A program made the translations under genes and the position numbers. A DNA stretch of 64,000 nt from Selaginella moellendorffii (taxonomy: Eukaryota; Plantae; Lycopodiophyta): assembly GCF_000143415.4 (NCBI RefSeq), contig NW_003314383.1, forward strand, positions 319,340 through 383,339, given 5' to 3'. Below are positions 12,106-28,473 of this stretch, in pieces. The notes under the pieces were generated by a model. The model was not told the DNA's origin, ran no database searches, and saw only the letters and a program-made list of their open reading frames with translations. The stretch's first letter is position 1. Every line of letters starts with the position of its first letter.

Positions 12106-13264
12106 AAATTTTTTCCAAGTACCCGTCACCCGCCCGTCACCTGCCCGTCACCCCAGCAGCAAAGCCCAGCCGTTGGACGGCACAAACGACAAACGGTCCA
12201 GGCGCTGCCGCGTGTCGGCTCCCGCTTGGCCACTGCTCTTAACTAAACATCTAGTTCCCTGCCATCCATGTCTCTCGTCCTCCTCCCCCGAGCGAGATAG
12301 AAAAGCTCTCTCCTTCTCTCGCGATTCTCCTCCGAATTTACTGGAGTGGTGGTCAATTCGATTCCCGCTGTCCACTGCTGTTGTCACTGTTCCTGACTAC
12401 TTCCACACTGTTTGCGTAGACCATCCATGACTCTTGAGTTGGTCCTTGCCGAGCTTTCTTCCTGCTTTTCCGCTAAAGTTCTCGTTTCCCCCCCCCCCCC
12501 CCCCGGGAGTAAAGATCGTCGACGGGCGGAGAAAAGTGGAGTAGCAGTCCAACCAGCCGGCCAGCCAGCCAGCACCACCAGCCCAATTTGCACTGCCTGT
12601 CCCTGACCGCCTGTTCTTCTCTAAGCTTCCAGGACATCTTGACGAGCTATTCCCAGGTCGTGTACTTTGGGCCGGCCACCTTTGCCGAAAACAATCCACT
12701 CCGCCCCTCTTTATGCTCCATACTCGTCGACTGTTTTTGCTTCCTCCCAACGTGCAAACCTCTGCCGGTTTCTCCTATTCAATGTCTCTTTGCCTTTGAA
12801 ATCCAAGCGACCTGACACAGCGATTTTAGTACCAGCCTTGCAAACGATATAAAATATAATGCGATGAGGATGGGCCTGTTTAAAGCTCGAAAAATTGAAA
12901 AGGAAAAGAGTTCTTACCTTGACTTAAAACATGGCACATGGTTGGATGCGTGGCACTGAAAAGTAATCAGCATCGTCGGGACCTGACAATAACAGTTCAC
13001 TGGATTGAAGCTGCAAAACATTGCATCTGTTACAACACAAAAACTATGGCAGGGATTGAAACCTCTGAGACAAAAACTGGATATCTGGACACATTCACCT
13101 TTATTTCGTAAGAGTAAAAAAATTCGGCTGACTTCCAGAAAAACCTCTCGGTTTTATTCAGCACAGAGAAATACCTGGCTGGCGATCAATCGAAAAAGAA
13201 AACCAAAATAGTGTACATCCTGTGCCCCGTCACCCGCTCCCAAAGGAAAAAAAAAAGGAACATT

Positions 13265-16200
13265 TTACTTGGACTGAAGTAGTTGTCTAATCACGTAATG
13301 TAGAATGCCTCCATTCTCAAAATACGTCAATTCCACCTGCAATGAGAAGCGTTACCAAGAGAATCTCGAGCAAGAATTTGAAAAACGAACCTGTGTGTCA
13401 AACCGCAAAGTGCAGGTGAAACTTTTGCCTTTATCAGTCTTCACAAGAACGTCTTGCCCCGGCTTGATGTCCTTGATGTCCGAAGGAATATCAATGGTGA
13501 ACCTCTCGTACCCTGTCAATCCCAGCGATTCTGCGTCCTCACCGCTCTTGAAACACAACGGGATGATGCCCATTCCCACCAAGTTGCTCCGATGAATACG
13601 CTCAAAACTCTTCGCAATTACTGCTTTCACACCCTGAAAGGAAAGGAACATTTGAAGGCAACAATAAAAACGCAACATTTTTTACCTGCAAATACGGCCC
13701 TTTGGCAGCCCAATCCCTGGAGCTTCCACTTCCATATTCTGCACCAGCAAGTATGATGGTATCATGCCCCTCGTCTTGGTATTTCTGAAAAAATAGAAGT
13801 GAAAAATAAAAATCTTAAAAAGTCAAAAAAATTTGCAAAATCAAATATACCTTGGCAGCGTCAAATACAGAAAGCTTTTCTCCAGAAGGTATATGAATTG
13901 TCTTGGGGCCAACCTCGCCTTTGAGAAACTTGTTGACAATCCGGATGTTGGCAAATGTTCCTCTTGCCATGATCTCGTCGTTACCCCGACGGCTTCCATA
14001 AGAGTTGAAGTCCTTTTTCTCAACTCCACGTTCCATCAAGTACCTGGCAGCTGGACTGTCTTTGTTGATGTTTCCCGCAGGAGATATATGATCAGTCGTG
14101 ATGCTGTCCCCAAAGTTTAGAATACAATACGCATCTTTTACGCCGTGGACGCCAGGAGGGCTCTTCGTCATCGATTTAAAAAACGGGGGGTCATGCACGT
14201 AAGTAGATTCTGGATCCCACGCATATAAAGCACCAGAAGGAGCGGAAAGATTGTTCCACATTTTGTTTTCCTTCGTGATGGTCTTATATGTTGATCGGAA
14301 CATGTCCGGAACCACGGCTTTTTCGACTACCTGGAGAGCGCATGTTAAAACAAAGAAAGCACGAGCTAGTCAACACCTTTGCCACTTCTTCGGACGAAGG
14401 CCAAATATCCCTCAAGAAAACCTCTTTTCCTGATTTCCCAACTCCAATAGGTTCCGTATCGAAGTCGATATCAACCTATAAGCGAATTTCTGTCAGAATC
14501 CCCAGCACGAGATGCACAGCGAAGGATCTTACCGTTCCAGCTAAGGCATATGCGACTACCAAAGGAGGTGATGCCAAGTAATTAGCTCGAGTCAAAGGAT
14601 GGATACGACCCTCGAAGTTACGGTTTCCAGAAAGCACGGCAGCCGCGATCATATCTGAAATTAAGAAGTGAGAAAAATAATTCCAGCCAAAGAATTACTC
14701 ACCATTGTCAGCAATGGCAGACGCTACATCTTCGTGAATTTCTCCAGAATTACCAATGCACGTTGTGCAGCCATAACCAACCAAACTAAAACCTTGCTTG
14801 TCAAGATACTCTGTCAAGCCACTGAAAAGCACGAAGGATGTCAGACAAAGAGTAATATACATGTCACTTAGTTTACCTCTGCTTAAGATACTTTGTAACT
14901 ACCCCGGACCCTGGAGCAAGACTCGTCTTTATCCAAGGCTTTACTTGAAGGCCAAGTTCTGTTGCTTTTTTCGCAACAAGTCCGGCCCCAAGCATCACAC
15001 TAGGATTCGACGTATTCGTACAGCTTGTAATGGCGGCAATAACAACATCGCCATGTCTGAGCTCAGCTGGTTTTCCTTCAAATTTGAACTTTGCAATTGC
15101 CGACTGCTCATCTTTAGGCACGCCAAAGCCCTACAAATAGCAGCATGTCAGATAAAAGAAAATGAATTATCGGTTTCTTACCTTGAACCCGACCTTGCTA
15201 TCCAAACAATTATGCCAATCTTCTTTCATATCTTTTAAGTTTACTCGATCGTGTGGACTGAACGGTTCAACATGAGAATCTTAGCAAGTATGAAGAACCT
15301 GCCTTACCGTTTCGGACCAGACACGCAGGGCTGTACTGAATCCAGATCCAACTCCAAATACGAAGAATAAACCTTCTCGGTTTCAGGCTGCAACAACCAA
15401 GATACGTAAGAAACATGTGTAAAGCTCATATACATGCATACCTCATCGTAATCAATGAACATTTTGTTTGCTCGCAAGTAGGATTCAATCATCTCGACCT
15501 GGGCACAAACAGCATTCAGAATACGTTTGTAGAGGCCGAAAGAAACAAGTACCTTCTTCTCATCACGACCGGTCATCCGCAAATACTGCAAAGACACGTG
15601 ATCCACAGGGAAAAAGCCCATGGTGGCACCGTACTCAGGAGACATATTTGCAATAGTCGCCCGATCAGCCAAGGACAGCTCTTGCATACCCTTGCCTATA
15701 AAAAGCGTGAGTAGAATACTCCAGCGAGTGCAAAACCAGAAACCTTACCATAAAACTCGACAAATTTTCCCACAACACCATGTTTCCTCAGCATCTGAGT
15801 GCACGTCAGCACCAAATCGGTAGCAGTAACTCCAGTTCGAAGTTTGCCGCTTAACTTGAAGCCAACAACCTCGGGCAAAACCATACTCATTGGCTGCAAA
15901 CATGTACTCTTTGATAAACACTACAGTAGAATCAAATCTAATTATACTGACCTGACCAAGCATCGCTGCCTCAGCTTCAATACCTCCAACACCCCATCCG
16001 GCAACACCAAGCCCGTCTATCATCGTCGTGTGTGAGTCAGTCCCAACTAGACTATCCGGGTATAAAAATCCATCATTAGAAAAAACTACACGAGCTAGAT
16101 ACTCGAGATTAACCTGCAACCAATAGTGTCTCAGAAACAAAACTAAAATATTCGAAACAGTACCTGGTGCACAATACCCGACCCAGGCGGCACAACCAGC

Positions 16201-17240
16201 ATGTTTTTGAAAGCTGTAGCACCCCACTTTAGAAATCCAAATCGCTCCTTGTTACGGTCGAATTCATGTTTCATGTTGGCTTCAAGAGCATTCGCAGCCC
16301 TCGCTACATCAACTTGAACTGAATGATCTATGACCAGATCAACAGGAATCTGAAAAAAATAAACGGAAAGAAGTTTGAGTCAAGAACATGAACTAAGTTA
16401 AGCTGATCACGTAGCTTACCATGGGATTAATTACGTTGGGATCCCCACCGAGCCTCTTCATCGCATCACGCATTGCAGCCAAGTCAACAACAGCAGGAAC
16501 TCCAGTAAAATCCTGGAAAAGAGACAGTTAAGCTAAGAAATTACGAAAGCATCTAAACTGGTGGGCTACCTGCAAGATGACTCGTGCGGGCTTAAAAGCG
16601 ATCTCCACTTGCTGGGGAGCTGTGTTCTCCCAGTCTATGATTTTCTCCACATCTTCCTTTGTGACTTGAAAGTTGTCACAGTTCCTGATGCACGACTCCA
16701 GTAGAATCTTGATGGAATACGGCAGCTTTTCTGAAAAGCCAAAGAATTTCAGTGGCCAAACCACGCACAAACAATGGGACTTACCAACGCGAGGATCGTT
16801 CAAAGCTGGCAGGCTGTAGTACTTTCCATGGCCCTCCAAAGGCTTTACCAGATTCTTGTAGGGGTTAGCTGCAAAAAACGAATCCAAGGAGAAATATTTC
16901 AGCTCTTGCGAATGCATCGCAGCGAAATCAGACCTGACGAGGAGTAGTCCCTGGAACTCCTGCGCTGTCCAGGCGCCGTCAAAACCCCGGCCTGCGCGAC
17001 AGCGCATTGACCTCCTCCGATCCTAGCGCCCCTCCTGTACCAGGCGGGGGCTCCAAACGGCAGATCGGCAGCGGCCGCAGAGGAGGAAGAAAAGTACTTC
17101 GATCTAGCAGGCCTGCCGGACCTAGCCGACGACGAGCAAGCGGAGAAATTCCTGGATCCGGGATTCTCCAAATACACCGCGCGCGCCCGCAATGCCAATC
17201 GCGCCAGGCGCGGCAACTTGAGCGACGATGACACAGACAT
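13265..17240 (-). CDS. ACO: Aconitate hydratase (AcnA/IRP type) with probable mitochondrial presequence, ~20 exons
   Basis: [74 protein letters not shown]; ends [18 protein letters not shown]-rich N-terminus. Confidence 0.96.
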
Positions 17241-17881
17241 CGGGGAAGAGCCTATCGATTCTCACCAGCGCCGCCTCCTCCTCTCTCCTCAAGCAATCAT
17301 CGGAATGAGAAAAGCTTCGATAGGAGATTTTCAATTCTAGGGTTCCTTCTTTTCCCTTAGAACCAACACGGGTGGAGCCGTGGCCGTCGGATGGAATGGC
17401 CATCGCCCCGCGCGCCGTCGGATCAACACGTGTGGGCGGAACGAGCACGGATAGCGACAAAAGGGAGGCCTTTCCTGATGGCGGCATTTTCATTTGCACT
17501 AATATAAGCTAAATTAGCTTGCTTCGTTGTCCCGTTCTAACAGTGCCAAAACAGCAAGACACTTGCCCACAGCACCTTCGTTAGATTTGCGACAATTCTT
17601 TGGTCCGATCAATCGATCAATCAAGGGGCGCCCAGATCGCGATCGATTGATCCCAATTCGCGATCGAATGCGCCCAATTTGACGATTTCAAGGCGCGCAT
17701 TTGCATCCGCGCACCGAATTCCACGAATTTCGCTACCGGAGCTGCGAATTCCCCGATTCCCTGCTCGTCCATAGCGCCCTAATCGCATATGCCCATAATG
17801 GGCATCTGGACATGTCAAGATACCCGTACGTAACTCCCCCGCTTCCGTACAAAGATGTCAATGCCTTTTATAATGAGGTTA

Positions 17882-21097
<3,216 letters not shown>

Positions 21098-21757
21098 TGC
21101 CCTGATCGTCGCTGCTACAACATCATCCCTCGGCAGCACATCCCAAACCCTGAGCGATGACGCGAAGCCAAGAACAGAGAAAAGAAATCCCTATCTATCG
21201 CTGCGCTTCCTCTTTGTCAAGCACCTTCGAATATGCTTCGCAAGCCAGGACACGTAGTCTACGGCCACGTGTCATCGCGCTGTTCGATCAGCAATGGTAG
21301 AATGACGCCGGCAGCATCTTCTGCAATAGATTCTTCTCGTTGAGGCGCTATGAGCGCTATGGAAAAAGGTCAGAGCATGAAAAGGCAAGATACATTTAAT
21401 TTTGCAAGCTCTTTGTGCTGAGTTGGAAGTAAAGGTGTAATGTTCATGTCCGCCACCTAGCGGTCGAGGACCTCCACCACAATTTATAGCACTCCAACAC
21501 TGGATTTCCGGAAGTTGCAAAATACCTTAAGGCCGTCAACCTGGCGTTTAGATAGATGGTAAGATAGGAGAGAGTAGGAAAACATAGTAATGGCGCTGCA
21601 GTGACTTTAAAAATATTTTTAAAACAATAATTAAAATTAAAAGATTTCATTATTTATAATATAGTTATGGATTTCCTGATTCATTGCCGATATTCATTTT
21701 ACTCAAACCCTAAATATAAGTTTTTCTCATAAAAATCCATAAAGGTTTTCTTAGGGC

Positions 21758-23518
21758 ATGGCGGTCGAGTCATTTTTGAAGGCGCTGTGGGATTTGCCGC
21801 TCACTGCCGAGGAGAAGGCGTGGATCCATTTAGAGTTTATGGAAATGCCTGTGCATTTGGTAGCTAGGTACTTCATTCCTTCGACTCCACAGGACAAAGC
21901 GGCCACACTTCGCTCCTTCCTGAAAAAACTTGAAGGTAAGAAACGGCTTCTGAGCAATACATTTGTCACTAGTGCTAAAGATCGTTTTTTCAGGTAAAAA
22001 ACGGGTTCCGAGCAATACATATGTCACTAGTGCTAAGGGCAATCAGCAGGTATAAACGGGTTTGTGTGCAGCCGGAGACAATGCTAGGCCAGGCCGACCG
22101 GATTTTAGTTGCCCTTCGGTGGCTGTACTTGCTAGTCGAAGGAGGTAAAGTGCAGCTCACTCATTTACGGACGGCTAGACTTCGGAAGATAAAGGTGGCG
22201 GAAGCGGATTACTACCCTGCGATTCTGTGCTTCCTGGAAGCGGCATCTTTTGGGCAGGAGGGTTTGCACTTTGGAGGAGAGGGAAACGTAAGGAAGTCGG
22301 ATCTTCAGGGTTTCGTGAGCTCCAAGATGAAGGCTCCAACCAAAGTGAAGACTTCAGTCAAGCACGCAAAGGACAGTGACCCGACAGGAGTTGAGTCGAA
22401 TGCACTCTTGATTGGGCAAGAAGCTGAATACTTGAGCCTGTGGCTATGGGCTGCCTTTTCTGCCGCATGGACAGGTTCTGGGTGGTGAAATATCTGCGAC
22501 AAGACGGAAGTGTGGAGGTGAGTCCTGAGTTCCCACGAGCGCAGAAGCCCAATGAAACTCCGCAGCAGTTGGCCCTGATGAATCCCGCCTTCATACTGAT
22601 GAAGCTGAGGGATTTGGACGACAGCGAGAGCAGGCTGTGGAGTGTTAGGCTCTGTGATATCCTTCCTGGCGTGCCGTCACTGGGATTCTCGACGTTGGTT
22701 GCATACATGGAGCAGCTGCGTGAGATACATGGTCTACGGGTTTCAGTTGTTCGTTTTCGTGGAGCACACAACGACGATATCAGCATCTCAGACCTGAACA
22801 TCGTCGCTTATGGCCGCACGTCGCTTGTCATGCTCAGGAGATCGCGCTCAACGGTGTTGAAGATATGTTTGCCTGCAGATGCTGGCACCGAGAGAGAGAT
22901 ACATTCAGCATCGGATGATCATCCTAATCTGCGGCAACTACTGAACTGGGGGACTGTGGACGTCGGGAACAGGGAGGGTGTTTTCCAGTTTTTGGAGTTG
23001 GACGGATTTGGGGAGCCTTTCAGAGCGAAGCATATAAGTGATTTAGCTTCAACTGAGATGATGTGGAACCAGGCATTCGAAGGTCTGAGGCATCTTCACC
23101 GCAAAGGCATCCTGCATCGAGACATGAAGCCAGACAACATGCTGGTGTTTAAAGGGAATGTATTGATGACTACGACGTCTCCTGTTTCAAAACTGATCGT
23201 CAGGAATTGAGGAGAAAGGTTGGCACTCGCGGTTATCACTCGCCATCCAGCTCGATGCAGCCTTACAAAGAAGAAGACGACATCCTATCCCTTGCTCTGG
23301 CGTTCTATTCTGCAAGGCTCGGCATCACAAAGTCTTCAAGGACGGGGCGCTTGCAGATCTTACGATGCTGTTTGGACCCGCACCTGTTCCCTGCTTGCAT
23401 GAGGATGGCAGTTGAGGATGCTTTGCGGAAACTCGGCCTCGATCAAGAACAGGATGATGAAGACAACAAAGAAGAAGAAAATGAAGACGAAGATGAAGAT
23501 GACGATGAGGAAGGTTAA
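21758..23518 (+). pseudogene. Frameshifted kinase gene with an N-terminal helical module and a PD-(D/E)xK-like region (Crinkler/FunK1-like architecture)
   Basis: VLKI, HPNLRQLL, ILHRDMKPDNML, a frameshift-broken L(I)DYD, GTRGYHSP and an acidic tail. Frameshifts at ~22440 and ~23168. Intron 21994-22049. Confidence 0.65.
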
Positions 23519-23683
23519 GCAGAGCATAGTTGTCGGGCACAGAAGTGGAAGCTTTTTGTACTTATCTTTTTTTTTGTCTTGTTTTGTTTCTGGTACAGAA
23601 GTAGAAAGCGGTCTAAAGGTAACTATGAAGCTATTAAAGTTTGAGGTTTTAATATTAAGGAAATATATTTCAAGCGCGAAGAA

Positions 23684-23716
23684 TATATATATGTATATAT
23701 ATATATATATATATAT
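23684..23716 (+). repeat. (TA)n microsatellite
   Basis: Directly visible. Confidence 0.85.
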
Positions 23717-23964
23717 TTCTCATAGCCTGGCCGATCAATATCCACCTTGGAAGAGACGAGGAGCTGGAAGTGCTGTTGTGACCAATCGATATCCACCTTA
23801 GAGTCACGTTCAGAAGACACGAGTGATTTATGAGCGCCGGAAGTGCGCATAGCAACAGCGGACTCCACCAGATCAACGACTCGGTTGAGGCGTTGCATTA
23901 GTCAGGCTTTTTGGTTATCAAATGCAGGTCTCGTGCCGCATCATCGCTGCTCCCGGCACCTCAG

Positions 23965-24030
23965 TTCCATTTCCGGGATTCGAACCAGGGTCTTCTGGCT
24001 GAGAGCCAAATATCTTGACCGACTAAATTG
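23965..24030 (-). pseudogene. tRNA-Glu(CTC)-derived pseudogene with replaced 5' end
   Basis: Reverse strand reads TAGTCGGTCAAGATATTTGGCT-CTC-AGCCAGAAGACCCTGGTTCGAATCCCGGAAATGGAA. The 5' acceptor strand does not pair. Confidence 0.7.
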
Positions 24031-24329
24031 GTGTATTGAACCGAGATATGATTAATTAAGGGGTCAGGGCTTTAAGAATGGCCTCCTGCTTCTGCCGATC
24101 CGAGAGGCGAGCTGAATGTGGGGGATTCTGAAGCGAGAAGCGGAGCAAGCTGCCCAGAGATTTTAACGTGTTGAGAGGCACACTTAGTCGAGAGGCGAGG
24201 AGCGGCTCTCTCTCTCAACGGCTACAGGGCTTTCGTTTCCCAAGGGTCTTGAGGTAGCAATTCCAAATCCTTCGCTGCGGCTTATATGAGTTCCGTATGT
24301 GCATGGCTTCGAAATGACTCTTGGTCACC

Positions 24330-25310
24330 AGGCTCGTGAGCTGGATGAAGTGGAGGCTAGGTCTCTCCGACTTGAAGGAAACAGGTTGGTCTTTTCTTAC
24401 TTCTTTGGATTCTAACTGAGTGGTGAAAGTTCAGATTGTTTTATGAGGGCAGCTACCTTCTGGCATGCCAGAAATACAGCCTGTGCATGCAAGGGCTTTA
24501 ATCACGAGTGAAGGAGTTTTCCTGGCTGCATCTAACAGGGACACCTTTCGTTCAAGAATGTAGCTCCGAGGCATTCCTGAGGCTGAGGAAGCACTCGCAG
24601 ATTGCAATATGGTGCTGGAGGCAAATCCACTACATGAAAAGTGTCTCTTCAGAAAAGCGGCCGCTCTCAGTGCATTTGGCGTACATCGTGAAGCTCTCCG
24701 CTGTCTGGAGCGGGCTCTTCTGCATGCAATTGCTTCATCAAGAAAGGCTGAGTATAGCGAGATGTTCGAAGTTCCTAGAGCAGTCAGAGAAGGGTGTTTA
24801 CGACTTGGAGGACTACATATGGAACAACTGCAAGTTCAAAATGGCTCCAGAGTCTAGCGATTATGCTGGACATGTCGAGATCAAACTCACACCAAATGGC
24901 TATGGATGGAGTTTATACCTTACTAAAGATATTGAAGCTAACTCATCTAATAAATTTAATTTGCTCTGACTGGGTTTAACCCAAAGGGTAGGATGTTAAG
25001 AAAGTAAAGCTCTCAATAGAATTGCAGACCAATTGCAAGAGTGCTCAACCTTGACAGGAAGGTGAACAACTGCCAACTAGATTCCAATCTGTTTGTGGGA
25101 CTTGTTTGTGTTGCAAGTGCATCTTCAAGGGTAGTCAAGCAGCTGAATGCCCTGCCCTTCAATTGTAGAGGGCTCTTTTGTTCGACTTTTCCAGGCTATC
25201 ACTCTTTTCGACCCTGCTCCAGTGGCCGTAGATATGCAACACATGATACCCCGAGTAGAACTTACGCATGGAATTTGGAACGTTCGAAGGCGAAAGTTTT
25301 AATGCTCTGT
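24330..25310 (+). pseudogene. Degenerate TPR + SET-domain (SMYD-like) gene
   Basis: SLRLEGNR(L)F, EALADC..VLEANPLHEKCLFRKAAAL (TPR), and VEIKLTPNGYGWSLYLTKDIEA (SET N-terminal GxGLFATKDI-like). Frameshifts and stops present. Confidence 0.55.
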
Positions 25311-26989
25311 TAAGCCAAGCAAGATGAAGGAATAGATTTGCGAGAGAAAATGAAGGCATTTTATGAAAACGACGTGGTTGGCCCGCAAATATTATGCAAA
25401 GGAAGCAGCACCACAATTAGAATCAAGGGGGAAAGGGGAAGAGGAAAGAATAAATTAGATCCACTAGCGGTAGTGGAGGAGAGAACCTTGGGCCGACAAC
25501 GAGGAGACTCCTCTAAACCATGTAGAACTTCCAAGACCCATGACAGCTGATACAACAGATTAAAGAATTGGAGCACACACGAAGCATTTTGTGGAGAAAC
25601 ACAGAGTTACAAAATGGAAGACTGTCCCTCGAGCAAGCGGCACCTTTCAAGCGGGAGAGGCTTTTTTCAGTACTTGTACTAGATTTGTATGTTTTTAAGT
25701 TGCGAGCGCACACGATTTTGTTCTTCGGCTTGCTGTAACTACAGGAATCTCTATCGTACAATCTTTGTTCTCTGTTGTTCTACTGCTGTTCATTGTTCTT
25801 GGTGATGCAGAACAGATTGTTTGATTCGATCGATTTTGAAACTAGACATATAAGTCATGCCAGTTATAAGTGGGGACGATGTGAGCTCAGGGCAGGCTGT
25901 TATTCTCTCTGTACTTCTCTCCATCCCTCTCGTTCCATTCCCTGCTTGCTTGGCTATCTATTCCTTCTGATTCAGGGAGTTCTTCCCCCCTGGTTGTCTC
26001 ATTTATTCAATACAATGGACCTGATAGAGATCGGGGTCCTTGGACACAAGGCCGTGACATATGCAGCAACAAACATCATCAAAACAGGACAAGCCAGTTG
26101 CAAGTTATCTTTGCAACCACGATGCACTATCACTTTTGGAGCATCTTTCCTCTTTGGACGCGGGTATTTGGCTAGCTACAGACATTGGTGATGCAGACTG
26201 GCTGACATCACTCTCTTTGGCCTGTGGATATATTGTCATGGCATTTTCGAAGGAGTTACCTTATGGCCACTGTTTTGGATAAAGGTATTAGGCCAAACCT
26301 TGTACTGTTGGTATCTTTCCTTTGGTATGATCCTCCTCTTTGGTAATGTCAGCCCAAATGCATTTTTAGAACTTTGCAAAAAAGTTCATTTAGTCTTAAA
26401 CCAAATCCACCATCAGCCATCTTTCTGCGTTCAACTCTTCAAGAAAATGTTGCAATAGTATTAGGTTAAAGATTAGCAAAAAAAACTCACATTCTAGATG
26501 CAAGAATCATCATATAACACCTTTGATACATGAACTAACTTATCATGTGGCATGGAATATTCAACACATCAACTTACTGATGCTTCCTTGATCTCGACAC
26601 AGCCCAATTGCTCTCTGCTTACTAGTGGCAACCTCACCAATTATATATGTCTCTTTCTAGGAAAGATCTTGTGCCGATAAAACAAGTGATGATCTGCCAC
26701 AAGTGCAAACAAGCACATGCCCAGCCTCACAGTACACTGTTGATACCGACACAAGATCTCTGAACACACTCACTCTATAATATTTGACACAATGGGATTT
26801 ATGTTGTTTAGCCATGCTCCTATCTTTCAGCTCTAAGATTCTCGGGATCTTGCCACCTCAGAAGCCCTAATCTACATCACTGTTTGAGTGCAACCCAAGT
26901 ATACCTCCAATTGCCATTCTTACTCCAGTTTGCAACATTATTGGCAAATGAATAGCCTGCCCTGTGCTCTTGCTTTATATCATCTCCAC

Positions 26990-27875
26990 TGTTACTTACG
27001 GAAATGACTCATAACACCAGGGGATGAGCTCCACGAAGAAGTTGCCTATTGTTGGCCCAAGTCGAGCCCAAGGTGTGTGGTGGTGGTCCGTGATGCAGCT
27101 TAGAGACATGGAAGACATTATGAATCCAGCACCCAGTGGAAGCTCCATCTGGAGTGCAATGTCGTTCACTATGGCTGCATTGCACTTCTCCAGCGGGATT
27201 TTTGGCTGCCATCTTCCCCCAGCAGTCACCTGTGGGGTTCTCTCCTCCCCTTGTTTGTCAGACCTGACTCCACGCATCCGGTCTATCAATTTCTGGTCTG
27301 TGCCTCCTGGAAGAAGTGGAACCGTTGATGAGCCCTGGAACCAGTCAGCTGGCGAGCTGGCCCCGTCCATCGATACTTGAACACATCCTTCTCTCCTGGC
27401 ATTCCTGGAGTTGATCTTGCCACTCTAAACTTCAAGTCCAGTCCTTTGGTCCTTTGCTTTCTTGATCAGTCTTTCTGCCATGCAAGCGCACCTCCAGTTG
27501 ATCTTGGCGATCCAAGATCTGCTCCTGCTGCGAACCGAGCTGCCAGAGAGACTGATCAAGATTGTTGCATGGCCAAATACTGCTCATTTCCATGCTTCTG
27601 ATCCGTCAGATACTGCTGCATGAATGCTTGCAGCACATTCTTGATCTCCCCCAGCCCCTCCAATGAGGATGCCACGTCAATATCTGGCTCCAACGTCACA
27701 TTGGCCGCCTTGTGCATGGCGAAAAGCCCTAGCCATTTCTGCCGTGACCCCGATCATGGAACCCTGGCTGCTCCTGGGAGACGGAGACAGCCTCTCAATC
27801 GGACAGCTCTCTTCCCGCTCCCTCATCCTCACAGATTAACATGAACGCCCAGAGGATTGGCGCTCTGATACCCAG
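26990..27875 (-). mobile_element. Internally deleted Ty3/gypsy remnant with tRNA-iMet primer-binding site
   Basis: PBS-like GGTATCAGAGC on the minus strand at ~27862-27872. Gag-like fragments. IHNVFHVSKL is the integrase C-terminal motif typical of gypsy elements. Confidence 0.6.
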
Positions 27876-28473
27876 GATCTAACTATTCTACCGTGGTGCC
27901 AAGTTTGGAATGAAGCACCTGCTCTATAATTGCTCTCACCTTGCTGAACAAAATGATTATAGGGAGGCGAATTTCGAGAGTCGAACTCAATACTCCTATC
28001 ATACCACTAGACCATTGGATTAATCGCGTTGCTTTTGCTTTTCATGCTATGAGCCTTTAGATTTGAGAATGAAGCAAAGAAGACAATTTGATGAATCTTT
28101 TGTTGGTGGTTGCAGACTTTCATGGGGGCTTGGATGGATTTTAGCATGACACGAAACTGGACTGTTTGCTGCTATTTCCCGTAGCCGATATTGCACCGAT
28201 GAATCCAGCAAACAACAGCAATGAGGAACTGATGATCAACAAAAGAAAAACCGCACGGAACTCATCCATTTCGTGACGAATCATATAACAATCGCTCTCA
28301 AGCAGGAAACAAAACAGGCCATTGGACTTCCTCCTTTTGTTTCTCAATTGTTCATTCAAGCTCACCCACGTTTGTATCTGGAAACTCGGTGTGTTTACAA
28401 ATCAAACGATCAAACTATATTAGTCTAATATTAGAGTTTCAAAAATGTTATTCGCGCGCTAAATTCGTGAAGA

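Noticed and set aside
17600-17760. GATC/CGAT-rich quasi-palindromic stretch between ACO and F2KP
   Set aside because: No long stem or repeat unit could be supported; probably ordinary promoter or 3' UTR sequence.
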